A stretch of DNA of 64,000 nt from an uncultured Candidatus Peribacteria bacterium (GCA_964521495.1 CAZFTF010000004.1:15889-79888); one strand, 5' to 3'; counted from the stretch's first letter, positions 44,429-55,846 are shown. Numbers and translations are program-made. Notes: generated by a model from the sequence alone, not told the origin.

Positions 44429-44956
44429 TTATTGTACGACAATTTCTTCTAGTTTCTCACGAGCAGAATCAAAGATGTCATCGAGTTTCTCTTTTTCTTC
44501 TTTTGTAAATTTTGATAATACCCAATCAGTTGCATCCATATGAGGATGGCGGTCGATTCCTATCTTGATACGTTTGATATCCTGTGTTCAAAGTGTGGTG
44601 ATAATGGAACCAATACCGTTGTGTCCTCCTTGGCTGCCAGTAGAGCGATAGCGTATTTTCCCAAAGACCATATCAAGGTCATCAGAGATGATGATGATAT
44701 TTTCTGTCGGAATTTTATAAAAATGCGCGCACGCTTGGACACTTTGTCCTGAGAGATTCATATAGGTCAGCGGTTTCAAGAGAATCACCTTATTTCATCC
44801 AAACATCCCCGAAGTGTAAACTCATTTATATCACGCTTGCCAATCATCTTTGATTCAGAGAGTTGTCTTCAGGACATCCAAAAAAAGAAACCCGACATTG
44901 TGACGAGTTTCCCGATATTTGTCTCATGGATTTCCGAGTCAGACGATGAGATACAT
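44429..44956 (-). CDS. pth: Peptidyl-tRNA hydrolase
   Basis: ATG 44954-44956 to TAA 44429-44431. MYLIV[TGA]LGNP[TGA][12 protein letters not shown] matches the GLGNPG motif, followed by [10 protein letters not shown] and [12 protein letters not shown]. Confidence 0.92.
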
Positions 44957-44967
44957 GAGGTCTGATA

Positions 44968-45420
44968 TTAGAGATTTTCTGTCCAAACCCCTACACCATT
45001 TGGACTATTACCAGATTTTTGACTCTTATTGGAGAATCGTGGCAAATCTCCAGCAGGAGAACCACTATCAAAGCTATCAAATTCTGAAGTACCGCTTCCT
45101 TCACTTGCAACAGAAAAACAGGATTCATCCGTCTTGCCAAATATTCGATCAGCGACACACCGCATGGTTTGGAAAATAACTCCGGGTTTAAATTTTTGTC
45201 CGACAGTTTCAAATCCAACCGCTGCAGAAACAGCAGGAGTAATCAAAATAACGACAAACATTACCAGGAGCCCAATCGCTGAATAGCGTATCATATTGAT
45301 AGCGGGGCTGACTTTGTGCTCATCACCACCTGAGATGACGAGAAGGAAGCCTCACCAGAGGACAAAGATGACAGTAAGAAGGATGGCGATAAGGAGAAGG
45401 ATAGCAATACCGACGGTCAT
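44968..45420 (-). CDS. TrbC/VirB2-type (T4SS pilin-like) small membrane protein with a Ser/Gly-rich tail
   Basis: Track ORF 44968..45294 extends through TGA 45352-45354 to ATG 45418-45420; ATG 45496-45498 is an alternative start. Two TM helices flank ISGGDEHKVSPAINMIRYS. It ends in TAA. Confidence 0.55.
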
Positions 45421-45482
45421 AAGCTCCTCGAGAGTATAAATCTGTTGAGAAGAATCAGCAAATCATGCTGTTTGAGCGTAGA

Positions 45483-45731
45483 CTATTGAGGTGAACATGG
45501 TTCAACAAGGTTTAAGAAAAGTTTTTTATTCTGCTTAATTCCAATTACTCGAACGAGCGACTGGAGAGCGCGAATAGTCTTGCCACTACGACCAATAACA
45601 CGCTTCATATCATCCGTGTGAACGGTGAGCTGGTAGCGTGTAGCGTCCTCATCCTCTCGTACCTCGAGAGATACGGATTCAGGCTGAGAGACAATGCGAG
45701 AGATACAAAAACGGATAAAATTTTCTGCCAT
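45483..45731 (-). CDS. khpA: KH-domain RNA-binding protein KhpA (YlqC/UPF0109)
   Basis: Intact 82-aa ORF directly downstream of rpsP, the classic rpsP-khpA synteny. The KH motif is VIGRSGKTIRAL. Confidence 0.8.
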   Translation of the reverse strand: MAENFIRFCISRIVSQPESVSLEVREDEDATRYQLTVHTDDMKRVIGRSGKTIRALQSLVRVIGIKQNKKLFLNLVEPCSPQ

Positions 45732-45780
45732 AAAAATGAGTATTACACTCTATGCTTTCAGATCCTCAACTATCACTATA

Positions 45781-46017
45781 TTACACTGAGAGAGCGTTCT
45801 TCTTGAGAAGTTTTGCAAAAGATTCAGACATTTGAGCACCATGAGAAACCCTCTCACGGACGCTGTCCATATTGAGTTCATATTTTTTTGAGCGAGGATC
45901 ATACCATCCGATAACCTCGATTTCGCCGCATTTAGCTGGCTTTGTGTGTTCTGTGACGACGATGCGGTAGTGAGGTGATCTCTTTCGACCTGCTCGTGAA
46001 AAACGAATCATTAACAT
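45781..46017 (-). CDS. rpsP: 30S ribosomal protein S16
   Basis: MLMIRFSRAGRKRSPHYRIVVTEHTKPAKCGEIEVIGWYDP matches S16. The start lies within track ORF 45781..46041. Confidence 0.9.
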   Translation of the reverse strand: MLMIRFSRAGRKRSPHYRIVVTEHTKPAKCGEIEVIGWYDPRSKKYELNMDSVRERVSHGAQMSESFAKLLKKNALSV

Positions 46018-46145
46018 AAGGAATAATTGAAAAATACCCAAGTATTCTATAGAATTTCAGGTAAATGCAAGTTTTTTGTGTGTTTTTCTTCACAAATTAC
46101 ATATTTTGCTTATTATGGGACTAAATTCCTTAATAATACAGCATT

Positions 46146-46703
46146 ATGTCCATCGAAAAAAGCCGCATTTCCTGGGATCAGTATTTTATGGGTCTTGCAC
46201 TCCTTTCTGCCCAGAGAAGCAAAGATGCTCGCACCAAGATAGGGGCGTGTGTTATTGACGCTCATAATCGTATTATTGGTATCGGATACAATGGTTTTCC
46301 TCGCGGATGTCCAGATGACGAATTCCCAAATGCTGGGAGATTTGATGAGGCAGGAAATGCACTTCCACTTCAAGAGACTAAACTAGCGTATGTCGTCCAT
46401 GCAGAAGCCAATGCTATTCTCAATTCTATGGGCCGTGATATGCAATGAGCGACGCTCTACTGTGCGATGCCTCCATGCCATGAATGTGCGAAGCTGATAA
46501 TCCAAGTAGGCATCAAGCGAGTTGTTTATCTCTCAAGTCCTACCTATGAACAAAAAGATAGTTTTATTATTTCAAAAAGGATGTTTCAGGTGGCAGGTGT
46601 TATCTGTGAGGCCTATAGCGGTTCAACAGAAGAAATTCATCTTACTTTTGAAGATCAAAATGATGCGTATGCCAATAAAGATTCGTGATGTAATTGTTGT
46701 TAG
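46146..46703 (+). CDS. Deoxycytidylate (dCMP) deaminase
   Basis: Track ORFs 46146..46448 and 46467..46688 share one frame and run to TAG 46701-46703. Zinc motifs are HAEANAI and PCHECAKLI. A TGA falls at G in [G]ATLYCAMPPC. Confidence 0.85.
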
Positions 46704-46708
46704 TTTTT

Positions 46709-47755
46709 ATGAAAGTTCTTCTTCAACGCGTTTCTTGCGCTTCTGTCACTGTAGATAACAAAATAGTTGGGAGTATATGAAATGGATTTGTGATATTTCT
46801 TGGGATTACTCATAATGATAATGAACAAGATGTTCCAGCACTTGCTGAAAAAATAGCCAAGATTCGTCTTTTCCCTGATGCTAATTATCCAGCGGAAGGT
46901 TCAAAAGCTATCAATTGTTCAATTCGGGACATTGATGGGCAAATATTATTGATTAGCCAGTTCACACTGTATGCTGATACAAGTGCGGGGAATCGTCCAA
47001 GTTTTACGGATGCTGCAAAACCAGAAATGGCAGAGAAATTGTATGAATTAATGAAGTTCGAACTGCAAAAAATCACAGAAAAACCGGTTCAATCAGGTCT
47101 CTTCGGAGCTCATATGCATGTGGAACTGATTAATGATGGACCGGTGACAGTTATGATTATCGAGGAGTTTGTTTTTTCGTGTGACATCACCACCATAGAG
47201 GTATCCTGTGACATCTTTTCGATACGCATTGATGGTCTCACGAGCGATGACTTTTGCTCCGATAGCTGCTTGAATTGGGATAGAGAAGAGCTGCTTCGGG
47301 ATAGCTTTTTTGAGTTTTTCACAAAGTTCTTGTCCGACATAAAACGCCTTGCTTCTGTGGGTAATCGTGGAGAAAGCTCAGATTCGCTCATTATTGACGA
47401 GGATGTCGATTTTTACGAGATCATCACGTTTGTAATTCAATTGTTCATAGCTCATGCTCGCATATCCAGAGGAGCGAGATTTCAAATCATCATAAAAATC
47501 TGTGATAATTTCTGCCATCGGGATTTCATAGGTGATAATTGAGCGAGTTTCATCGATATAGGTCTGATTTTTGTAGATTCCACGGTGTTCTTGGGCAAGC
47601 TTCATCATTTCTCCGATCATATCACTACGAGAGATGATTTCGAGCTTCACAATCGGTTCTTCTATCCAGTCATAGGTACCTGGTTCTGGGAGGCGTTCAG
47701 GGTTTTTGATCCAGAGACGAGTAAAGGTTCTATCACCAACTTGCTCGACTTGTAG
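46709..47755 (+). CDS. dtd: D-aminoacyl-tRNA deacylase with no stop at its natural end (formal ORF runs antisense into lepA)
   Basis: ATG 46709 gives [23 protein letters not shown][G]NGFVIFLGI...[15 protein letters not shown]...[21 protein letters not shown], a complete Dtd domain ending near 47160. The first in-frame TAA or TAG is at 47753-47755. Confidence 0.75.
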
Positions 47756-48949
47756 GGGGGTATTTTTGAAATCATGGCTGTGGTCACCCGGCATCATCAC
47801 TTGGTAGGTCACTTGTGGAGAAGTCAGGATGACATCGAGGTCAAATTCCCGATCCAGTCTTTCTTTCACGATTTCCATATGGAGAAGTCCGAGAAACCCA
47901 CAACGGAAGCCATGTCCGAGGGCAGGGGAGACCTCGTGTTCATTCGTGAGAGAGCTATCACTCATCTTGAGTTTTTCGATATCAGTTTTGAGCTGATTGT
48001 AGTCCTCAGTATCGACTGGGTAGACACCAGCGAAGACGTAGGGAACGACTTTTTGAAATCCAGGAATGGGATGTTTGTATTCTTCTGCACCCGCAAAAAT
48101 AGTATCTCCAACACGTGCTTCCTGCAAAGTCTTGATACCAGTCACGATATAGCCGATTTCGCCTGATTTGAGAGAGGCAAGTGGTTTGTATTCTGGTTGG
48201 AAACACCCGACCTCGAGAATATCAACGATAGTATTGGTGCTCATCAGAGTGATTTTATCACCTCGTTTTATTTCACCAGAAAAAAGTTTAATATAAATCA
48301 CAACCCCTCGATATGAGTCATACTGCGAGTCAAAAATCAGTCCGAGTTTCACAGAATCTGGGATTTTCCCAGGGGCATTATTTGGTATGATTTTCCCTTC
48401 TGACGCGACTGAGCGAGGCTCTGGAATTCGTGCCACGATAGCATCGAGGACGTCTTCGACATTGGTCCCGACTTTCGCTGAAACACAGATAATATCTTCA
48501 TCTCGGCATCCAATAAGTGAGATAACTTCTCGCTTCGTTCGTTCGATGTCAGCAGAAGGGAGGTCTATTTTATTCAAAACAGGAATAATCACGAGATCGT
48601 GCTCAATCGCCATATACAGGTTGGAGAGCGTTTGTGCTTCAATTCCTTGTGTTGCATCGACGACGAGAATCACTCATTCCACAGAAGCGAGACTACGAGA
48701 GACTTCATACTGAAAATCTACATGTCAAGGCGTATCGATGAGGTTGAGTTCATATCATTTCCATGCCATTCTGACAGGAGTGAGTTTGATAGTAATACCT
48801 CGCTCTTGCTCTATATCCATTGTGTCGAGCATCTGAGCATTTTTCATCTCTCGTTTTTCTTTGGTTCCAGTGAGTTCGAGCATCCTATCGGCCAAGGTGG
48901 ATTTACCATGGTCAATATGAGCGATGATGCCGAAATTACGTATTTGCAT
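47048..48949 (-). CDS. lepA: Translation elongation factor 4 (LepA) with a non-canonical C-terminal 37 residues
   Basis: ATG 48947-48949 ([19 protein letters not shown]). Motifs DTP[TGA]HVDF and VE[TGA][10 protein letters not shown], with track ORF 47378..48673 in frame. The sequence matches LepA up to ...[12 protein letters not shown] and then diverges, reading antisense to dtd, to TAA 47048-47050. Confidence 0.9.
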
Positions 48950-49066
48950 GCGGTGTATGATAAGAAAAAGCGAAAATTTGCAAGCAAAGTACTCAGAAGC
49001 ATTTAGTATACTAAAAAACACCATAAAATACTTGATTTCCTGAGAAATATCTGATAGACTGAATCT

Positions 49067-49429
49067 ATGAAAAAACTGTTCCTCATCTTTTCTTTCTGCT
49101 TTTTTCTCCTTTCTTTTGCGGCTATCGATACTGATAGTGACGGGATAGCTGATGAAAAAGATATTTGCCCTCGAGTCTACGCTCCTCGGTCGGCAAATGG
49201 ATGCCCCACTCTCACTGCAGTTACGCCTCTCACAAGTCTCAATGCGTGTTACCAAGCTCAAAAAAATACTATTATTGTTCGTGTCCAGCCTCTTTGTGAT
49301 GCAACTACCAAAATGTGTCCAGTAATAACAGGAGTGGCAGGTTTTCAAACATGTGATCCGATTTTTCCACTTATCCTCCGTGACGGTAAGCCATTTGTCC
49401 GGGGAAGTATTTATATTGTAGGTTTTTAG
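49067..49429 (+). CDS. Small secreted Cys-rich protein with a thrombospondin-type-3-like Ca-binding repeat
   Basis: Intact 120-aa ORF. It has a signal peptide ([18 protein letters not shown]) followed by [15 protein letters not shown]. Confidence 0.6.
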   Translation: MKKLFLIFSFCFFLLSFAAIDTDSDGIADEKDICPRVYAPRSANGCPTLTAVTPLTSLNACYQAQKNTIIVRVQPLCDATTKMCPVITGVAGFQTCDPIFPLILRDGKPFVRGSIYIVGF

Positions 49430-49439
49430 TTATTAGTTT

Positions 49440-50885
49440 ATGCGTCGTTTTCTTTGATTTATCTTGTTTATCTTCTCATTGTCGAGCTTTGCCTTTACGA
49501 TGGATGATCTCTTGCTCACGACAGAGTCTTGAGTTTTAAAAGAAACATCCTGAGTCACAGCAACAAATGATACACTCAAAAATCTGACCTCAAAAAAGAT
49601 AGAATACGAGAGTATTATTTCCCTCGAGCGCAATCGTAAACTCGATGAAACGAAGAGGCGAGAAGCATTAGAGCAAAATCTTTCCACTATTGAGACAGGT
49701 CTGCAAACTTGGAAAGATATTTCAGAGAAAGTAAATAGCGATGCTTCTTCTGGAATTTTGGCAGCAGCATCTGATGAGATCAAAAAACTTGTTGATGATC
49801 AAGAAAAAGTCCAGAAAGATCTGGTCCTCTTGTTTATCAATGTAGCCAATATGCTCGAGGCAGGACCTTTCACGGAAGAAAATACCATTGCTGATATTCA
49901 AAAGGAATATCCAGCGCTCAAAAAAATAGCACAAAGTAAGCTCAGACTGTACAATGAAGATATCAAAAAGGCTGAAAAAATACGAGAAGAATTTATCGCT
50001 GAAAAAGAAAAAGAGCTCGAGAAAATATCTCTCGAGATTGAACGAGCCAAATATGTGAAGCAGACTCAACTCTCTGAGGCGATCACAAAGGTTCTAACAT
50101 ACATTGGTATTTTCCTTGGACTTCTCTTGATACGTTATGTTTCTGGTCGTATTTTAGCTCGATTTCAAGATGGTTTTTCTCGTCCTCACAAGGAGGCAAT
50201 GTGGTTTGTGCACCGCTGGTCATTTCGAGGAATATTCCTCCTAGCATTTTTGATATTATTTTCTTCAGAATTTAGTGCATTTCTTCCTTTCATTGCCATT
50301 ATTGCGACGGCAATTGGTTTTGCTCTACGAGATGTAGTGTATTCATTTATCGGGTGGTTTATGATCGGTGCGAGTGATGGATATGACGAAGGTGATATTA
50401 TTCAGATAGAAGATTTTCAGGGAAAAGTTTTCAAAATAACAGCACTCCTTACGACACTTGAAGAACATGGTATCCAAGGGGTGACTGGGAAAATGGTTTC
50501 GTTTCCCAATAAAATCATCTTTGATAAAACAATTCGAAACTATTCTCGATCACACGGATTTACCTTTATATCTCTTGATTTTGTGATAACTCACAAAAGC
50601 AATATTGACCGTGCCAGGGAGGTACTAATGGAAGTTATTGGTCAGCAAGATCTCACACTTTACTATAAGTCTCGAAGCATCATCAACAAGCTCCGATATA
50701 CCTATGGGTACAATGATGCAGACCTCCACCCACGTGTCGATGTTATCGTCGATACGAGCGGTATTATTTTACGAGCCAAGGTTTTTGTCCATATCGAAAA
50801 AGATCTCGATATGCGCACAAAAATCTCTGAAGAATTTTGTAAAAAAATACAGTGAGAGCAGGATATAGAGTTGCAGAAGAAGTAG
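49440..50885 (+). CDS. Mechanosensitive ion channel family protein (MscS-like)
   Basis: ATG 49440 is in frame with track ORF 49758..50855 and the CDS runs to TAG 50883-50885. It has TM helices and the MscS beta-domain motif GDIIQIEDFQGKVFKITALLTTLEE..G..VSFPNKIIFDKTIRNYS. Confidence 0.8.
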
Positions 50886-50931
50886 TTATTGATTTTCCTC
50901 GACAAAACCTGAAAAATCATATCATAGCTGT

Positions 50932-52209
50932 ATGTCCTCTTTGTTGCGTCCTCTTTTTTGTTTTCTCGCTCGTCTCTGTATCCTCCGACACAAACCGTTT
51001 GTGATTGGTGTGACGGGGAGTTTTGGTAAGACGACAGCGCGACATATTATCACAGAAATTTTACACAAAAATCATCAGGACGTTTGGACTCCAGAGGGAA
51101 ATTATAATGGTGAATGGGGACTCGCACTTGCAGTACTTCAGGTAAAGAGTGGAGGACGCAGCATTGCTGGCTGGTTCATTGCTCTCAAGGGGGCACTTCG
51201 TACGCTTGTTCGTCGTCAGTATCCTCATACATTGATTCTCGAGTATGGTGTTGACCACGCCGGTGAGATGAAGATACAGACTGATATTGTAGAGCCTGAT
51301 ATTGCTCTTTTTACGACACTTTCCCCGAGTCATTTAGATGGTTTTTTCTCTGTGGGAGAATACTATCGTGAAAAAGAGAGGATTTTGTCACGTAAACTCA
51401 AAAATACTATTGCTATCGGGAACAGTGATGATAATCATCAGACATGATTTACGAGCCAGTTCTGGTACGGTGAGAGAGCGGGTGATATAGTATTTTCAGA
51501 AATCCAAGAACATACCGATAAAACGACAGCACTCTTAAGATATCAAGATGCTGTTCATATTCTCCAAACACCGATACTCGGGCGACACCATATTGGACTT
51601 ATTTCTGGAGCAATTTTGGTTGCCTTGCAGGTAAAAATAGATTTTGCTGACATTCTGCAGGCTCTGACCACAATAGATTTACCCTACGGACGAGGAAATA
51701 TTTTGCGAGGTATCAATGATTCCTACATTATTGACGGTACCTATAATGGCGGATTTGAGCCAATTCTTTCTGGGGTACGGCTCGCTGATCGTCTCGCTCA
51801 ATCAGAAGGGAAGGGGCTGATAGCTATTCTCGGTGATATGCGAGAGCTGGGTGCCGAAGAAACCGCTCGACATCAAGAGCTCTGGGGTGAATTACAAAAA
51901 CTTAATTCCGTGCAGTATATTTTTGTTGGGAAAGTATGTGAAACAATTATCCTACCAATGCTTTCGTCTGAAGATATCAAACGAGTCTCTTTTTATCGTG
52001 ATGCCAGAAAAGCAGGGGAGTATACTCGTGATTGTATTCTCAAATCAGACAAAAAGATTCTTGTTTTTGCGAAAGGAAGCCAAAACACTATCTACCTTGA
52101 AGAAGCTCTCAAGGCGATTATTCTCCCAGAAGAAACCATGAAAATCGTACGACAAGATGCTCTGTATATGGAAAAGAAACAGGCATTCTGGAAGACGCTG
52201 GCTCAGTAA
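50932..52209 (+). CDS. murF: Mur ligase family protein (MurF-like UDP-MurNAc-peptide D-Ala-D-Ala ligase)
   Basis: Track ORFs 50932..51447 and 51616..52209 share one frame. Motifs: VIGVTGSFGKTT, ILEYGVDHAGEM, DGTYNG, ILGDMRELG. Confidence 0.75.
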
Positions 52210-53043
52210 TTATATTTCAAAATTCCTGAGTCTCTTCTCGATTCTTTTGAGTCGTTCATTCATATCATCGGATTCTTCTTCAATTTCTTCTTCAATTTGA
52301 GCGAGTTTTTTTTCTTCTCGGAGGGCTCGTATAAAACCACTTGCGAGGATACCAGTAGGGAGTGCCACGAGTCCGATACCGAGGAGTCCCAGAAGAGTCG
52401 CAATTGCTCGGCCTGCTGTAGTCCAGGGGTAGATATCCCCGTATCCAATTGTTGTAAGTGTGACGATCGCCCACCATATACCATCACCAATACTTTTTAT
52501 TGCCGGATTTACTCCATTTTCTGCTGCGTAAAAGAGTGTGCCAGCGACGACAATACACTGTAAAGAAATAATACAAAATATCAGTATCTCATACCATACT
52601 TGGTGCGAGAGATTTCGGAGAAGGGAGAGGACTTTGGAAGAACGGTAAAAACGGAAGATATTTAAGAGGCTCGTAAATCGAAGTAGTCGTAAAACTACAT
52701 AATCAGCATTATGGAGATCCTGAGTCCATATCATCATAAAGAGGGGAGTCAAGACGATGATATCTATAAGCGTAAGTGGATGAATCAGGAAAAAGATTCG
52801 TGCTTTGAGGGTACTTTTTTGAGAGGATCGATCAGGTGCTGACCAGAGTCGATAGAGGAACTCAGCAAAAAATATCATCAAAATCGTGAGATGTGTGGAC
52901 AAGAAAAATCCCCGTAATTGTGGTGTCATCAAGTGGTCTGCTGACTCGAGTATGGTCATAAAAATACTCACAGATACGATCATCACCATAAAAATATTCA
53001 TCGTGTAATGAAGTCGTTTTTTATCGAGAAAAGTTCATGCCAT
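52210..53043 (-). CDS. Voltage-gated-type potassium channel
   Basis: Track ORF 52210..53001 extends through one TGA to ATG 53041-53043. The selectivity filter is TLTTIGYGD, and there is an S4-like segment VLRLLRFTSLLNIFRFYR. Its TAA directly abuts the murF TAA. Confidence 0.85.
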
Positions 53044-53126
53044 AGATATGATTGTATGGTTCTCTTTTTATTTTCAAGAAAACACAAAGACTTATCCTCT
53101 GTATCAAAGATGGATATATTGAAGAA

Positions 53127-53594
53127 CTAACTTTTTTTGACAACACGTCTCTTGTTTCGAAGCATTTCAAAATTGTTTTCAGGTGTTGGGTGTTGGAATA
53201 CTTTTTCCCATGATTTTTCTATCGCTCTTTCTTTATTATTTTCGATAATATCAGAATCCCAGTTGATTGTTTCTGTTCTTTTGAGTGGTTTCTCGAGAAA
53301 TTCTTTCACAGATTTTTCCCATCGTTTGATAGCAATAACTCCATTTTGGTGTGCAGAGCGCTGGTCCATACATTTGATGACTTTTGCTTCCGGAATCTCG
53401 AATTTTATAGGTTCGAAAAAATATTGAGAATAATCATTGTGGTCAGTGATTTGGCAACATGTAGAAACTTTGTTCACATTTTGACCGCCATGTCATCGAC
53501 TGGTGACATAGTGAATTGTGATATTTTGACGAGCGTCTTGAACTATCTCATCGATACTTTTTCGGAGATAGTAGGGTATTTTTTGGAATCGCAT
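53127..53594 (-). CDS. arfB: Class I release-factor-domain protein (ArfB/ICT1-like peptidyl-tRNA hydrolase)
   Basis: ATG 53592-53594 is followed by YVTSR[TGA]HGGQNVNKVSTCCQITD (GGQ motif), ...DQRSAHQNG... and a basic tail. Track ORF 53127..53477 is the C-terminal part. Confidence 0.7.
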
Positions 53595-53766
53595 AATGTG
53601 AGTATGCCATACTTGTTTTTGGAATGCAAATATCAGAGAGAATGATAGTACTTGATTTTATCTTGATAGTGGTGTGAGATGATTTTTGAGAGATAAAAGT
53701 GTTGCTACTTGAAAAAGAATAATAATTCTTATACTGGCGAAGTCCTTTATTTTTTATTCTTTTTTT

Positions 53767-55791
53767 ATGCCAGATGCATATTCATATATGATCATTTTTG
53801 GAGGAGCTATCGCGGCTCTTGTCTATGGAATCATTTTGATCGTCAATATTCTCCGACTCCCTACTGGGGATAAGAAAATGCGAGAGATAGCGGCTGCAAT
53901 TCAGGAGGGTGCGAAAGCATTTCTCAATCGACAGTATTCTACTGTTGCCGTTGTAGCACTTATTCTTTTTCTTGTGATTGGTTTTGTCAAACCTCTCGGA
54001 TGGCTTACAGCGAGTGCATTTGCTATTGGTTCTATTCTTTCAGCTATGGCTGGATATATCGGTATGAACATTTCTGTTCGTGCAAATATTCGTACGACTG
54101 AAGCTGCTAAAAAAGGTATCGACCAAGCACTTTCTGTCGCAGTAAAGGGTGGTAATATTACTGGTATGCTCGTCGTCGGTCTTGCGCTTCTCGGAGTGGC
54201 TGGGTTTTACCTCGGAGCTCTTTATTTTGGAGTACCAGTTGAAAAAGCAGTACACGCTCTTATCGGTCTCGGATTCGGAGGTTCTCTTATCTCTGTTTTT
54301 GCTCGTCTCGGAGGAGGTATATTTACAAAAGCGGCTGATGTAGGCGCTGATCTCGTCGGTAAAGTCGAAGCTGGAATCCCAGAAGATGATCCACGAAATC
54401 CTGCCGTTATCGCTGATAACGTCGGAGACAATGTCGGTGACTGTGCAGGTATGGCGGCTGATCTTTTTGAAACATACGTTGTGACCATTATCGCTGCGAT
54501 GATGCTCGCATTTACCCTCGGCAAAAGTGAAACATATATTCTCTATCCTCTTGTACTCGGAGGGGCTTCTATTATTTTTTCTATCATCGGTTCATTTTTC
54601 ATCCGACTTGGAAAAAATAAAAGCAAAATCATGTTTGCTCTCTACAAAGGTCTTATCGTAGCAGGTGTTCTCAGCGCGATCGGGTTCTACTTTGTGACAG
54701 AGAGTATGATTGGAGATATCAAAATTTTCTATACAACTCTCGTTGGTCTTGTATTGACAGCAGCAATGGTGATGATTACTGAATACTTCACTTCTACAGA
54801 TTTCAAGCCAGTTCAACAAATTGCTGAAGCATCTAAAACTGGTCACGGTACAAATATTATTACTGGTCTTGCGGTTTCTATGAAATCTACAGCACTTCCA
54901 GTGATTGTCATCGTCGCGGCTATCATTGTAGCTTCAACGCTTGGTGGTATCTACGGTATTGCCATCGCAGCAGTTTCTATGCTCTCTATGGCGGGTATTA
55001 TCGTGACAATCGATTCATACGGTCCTATCACTGATAATGCGGGCGGTATCGCAGAAATGGCAGAGCTTCCTTCGTCTGTTCGTGATATCACTGATCCTCT
55101 GGATGCAGTAGGTAATACAACTAAAGCAGTGACAAAAGGATATGCTATCGGTTCCGCAGCTCTCGCCGCTCTCGTACTCTTCAATGAATACGCTCAAAAA
55201 GCAGGCGAAGGTGTCACATTTGATATCAGTAACCCATACGTTCTCTCAGGTCTTTTCCTCGGAGGTATGGTCACATACTACTTCAGTGCTCTCTGTATGC
55301 AGGCAGTTGGTCGTGCAGCAGGTTCTGTCGTAGAAGATGTCCGTGCTCAATTCCGTGAGAAAACAGGTATCATGGATGGTACTGAAAAACCAGATTATGG
55401 TCGAACCGTCGATATCGTGACAAAAGCAGCACTCAAGGAAATGGTCTTACCCGCAATCTTGCCAGTCGCCCTTCCTCTTGTTGCCTTCTTTGGTCTCGGT
55501 TACTTCGTCAATGTTATTGTTGCAAAACAAACACTCGGAGGCATCCTCATCGGTTCTATCATCGTCGGTGTCTTCCTCGCTATCTCTATGACAAGCGGTG
55601 GAGGTGCTTGGGACAACGCAAAGAAATATATCGAACTTGGATTCTTCGGTGGGAAAGGTTCTGATGCTCACAAGGCAGCAGTAACAGGAGACACTGTCGG
55701 TGATCCATACAAGGACACTGCGGGTCCAGCTATCAATCCCATGATCAAGATTATCAATATTATTGCTCTTCTTATTGTTGGTTTGATGTAA
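53767..55791 (+). CDS. hppA: Membrane-bound proton/sodium-translocating pyrophosphatase
   Basis: Intact 674-aa ORF with no TGA. Signature motifs: [57 protein letters not shown]. Confidence 0.93.
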   Translation: MPDAYSYMIIFGGAIAALVYGIILIVNILRLPTGDKKMREIAAAIQEGAKAFLNRQYSTVAVVALILFLVIGFVKPLGWLTASAFAIGSILSAMAGYIGMNISVRANIRTTEAAKKGIDQALSVAVKGGNITGMLVVGLALLGVAGFYLGALYFGVPVEKAVHALIGLGFGGSLISVFARLGGGIFTKAADVGADLVGKVEAGIPEDDPRNPAVIADNVGDNVGDCAGMAADLFETYVVTIIAAMMLAFTLGKSETYILYPLVLGGASIIFSIIGSFFIRLGKNKSKIMFALYKGLIVAGVLSAIGFYFVTESMIGDIKIFYTTLVGLVLTAAMVMITEYFTSTDFKPVQQIAEASKTGHGTNIITGLAVSMKSTALPVIVIVAAIIVASTLGGIYGIAIAAVSMLSMAGIIVTIDSYGPITDNAGGIAEMAELPSSVRDITDPLDAVGNTTKAVTKGYAIGSAALAALVLFNEYAQKAGEGVTFDISNPYVLSGLFLGGMVTYYFSALCMQAVGRAAGSVVEDVRAQFREKTGIMDGTEKPDYGRTVDIVTKAALKEMVLPAILPVALPLVAFFGLGYFVNVIVAKQTLGGILIGSIIVGVFLAISMTSGGGAWDNAKKYIELGFFGGKGSDAHKAAVTGDTVGDPYKDTAGPAINPMIKIINIIALLIVGLM

Positions 55792-55818
55792 TAGTTTTTT
55801 GCTAAGAAACAAACTAAA

Positions 55819-55846
55819 ACACCGGACGAAAGTTCGGTGTTTTTTT
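55819..55846 (+). terminator. Rho-independent terminator after hppA
   Basis: ACACCGGAC-GAAA-GTTCGGTGT is followed by TTTTTT. Confidence 0.75.
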
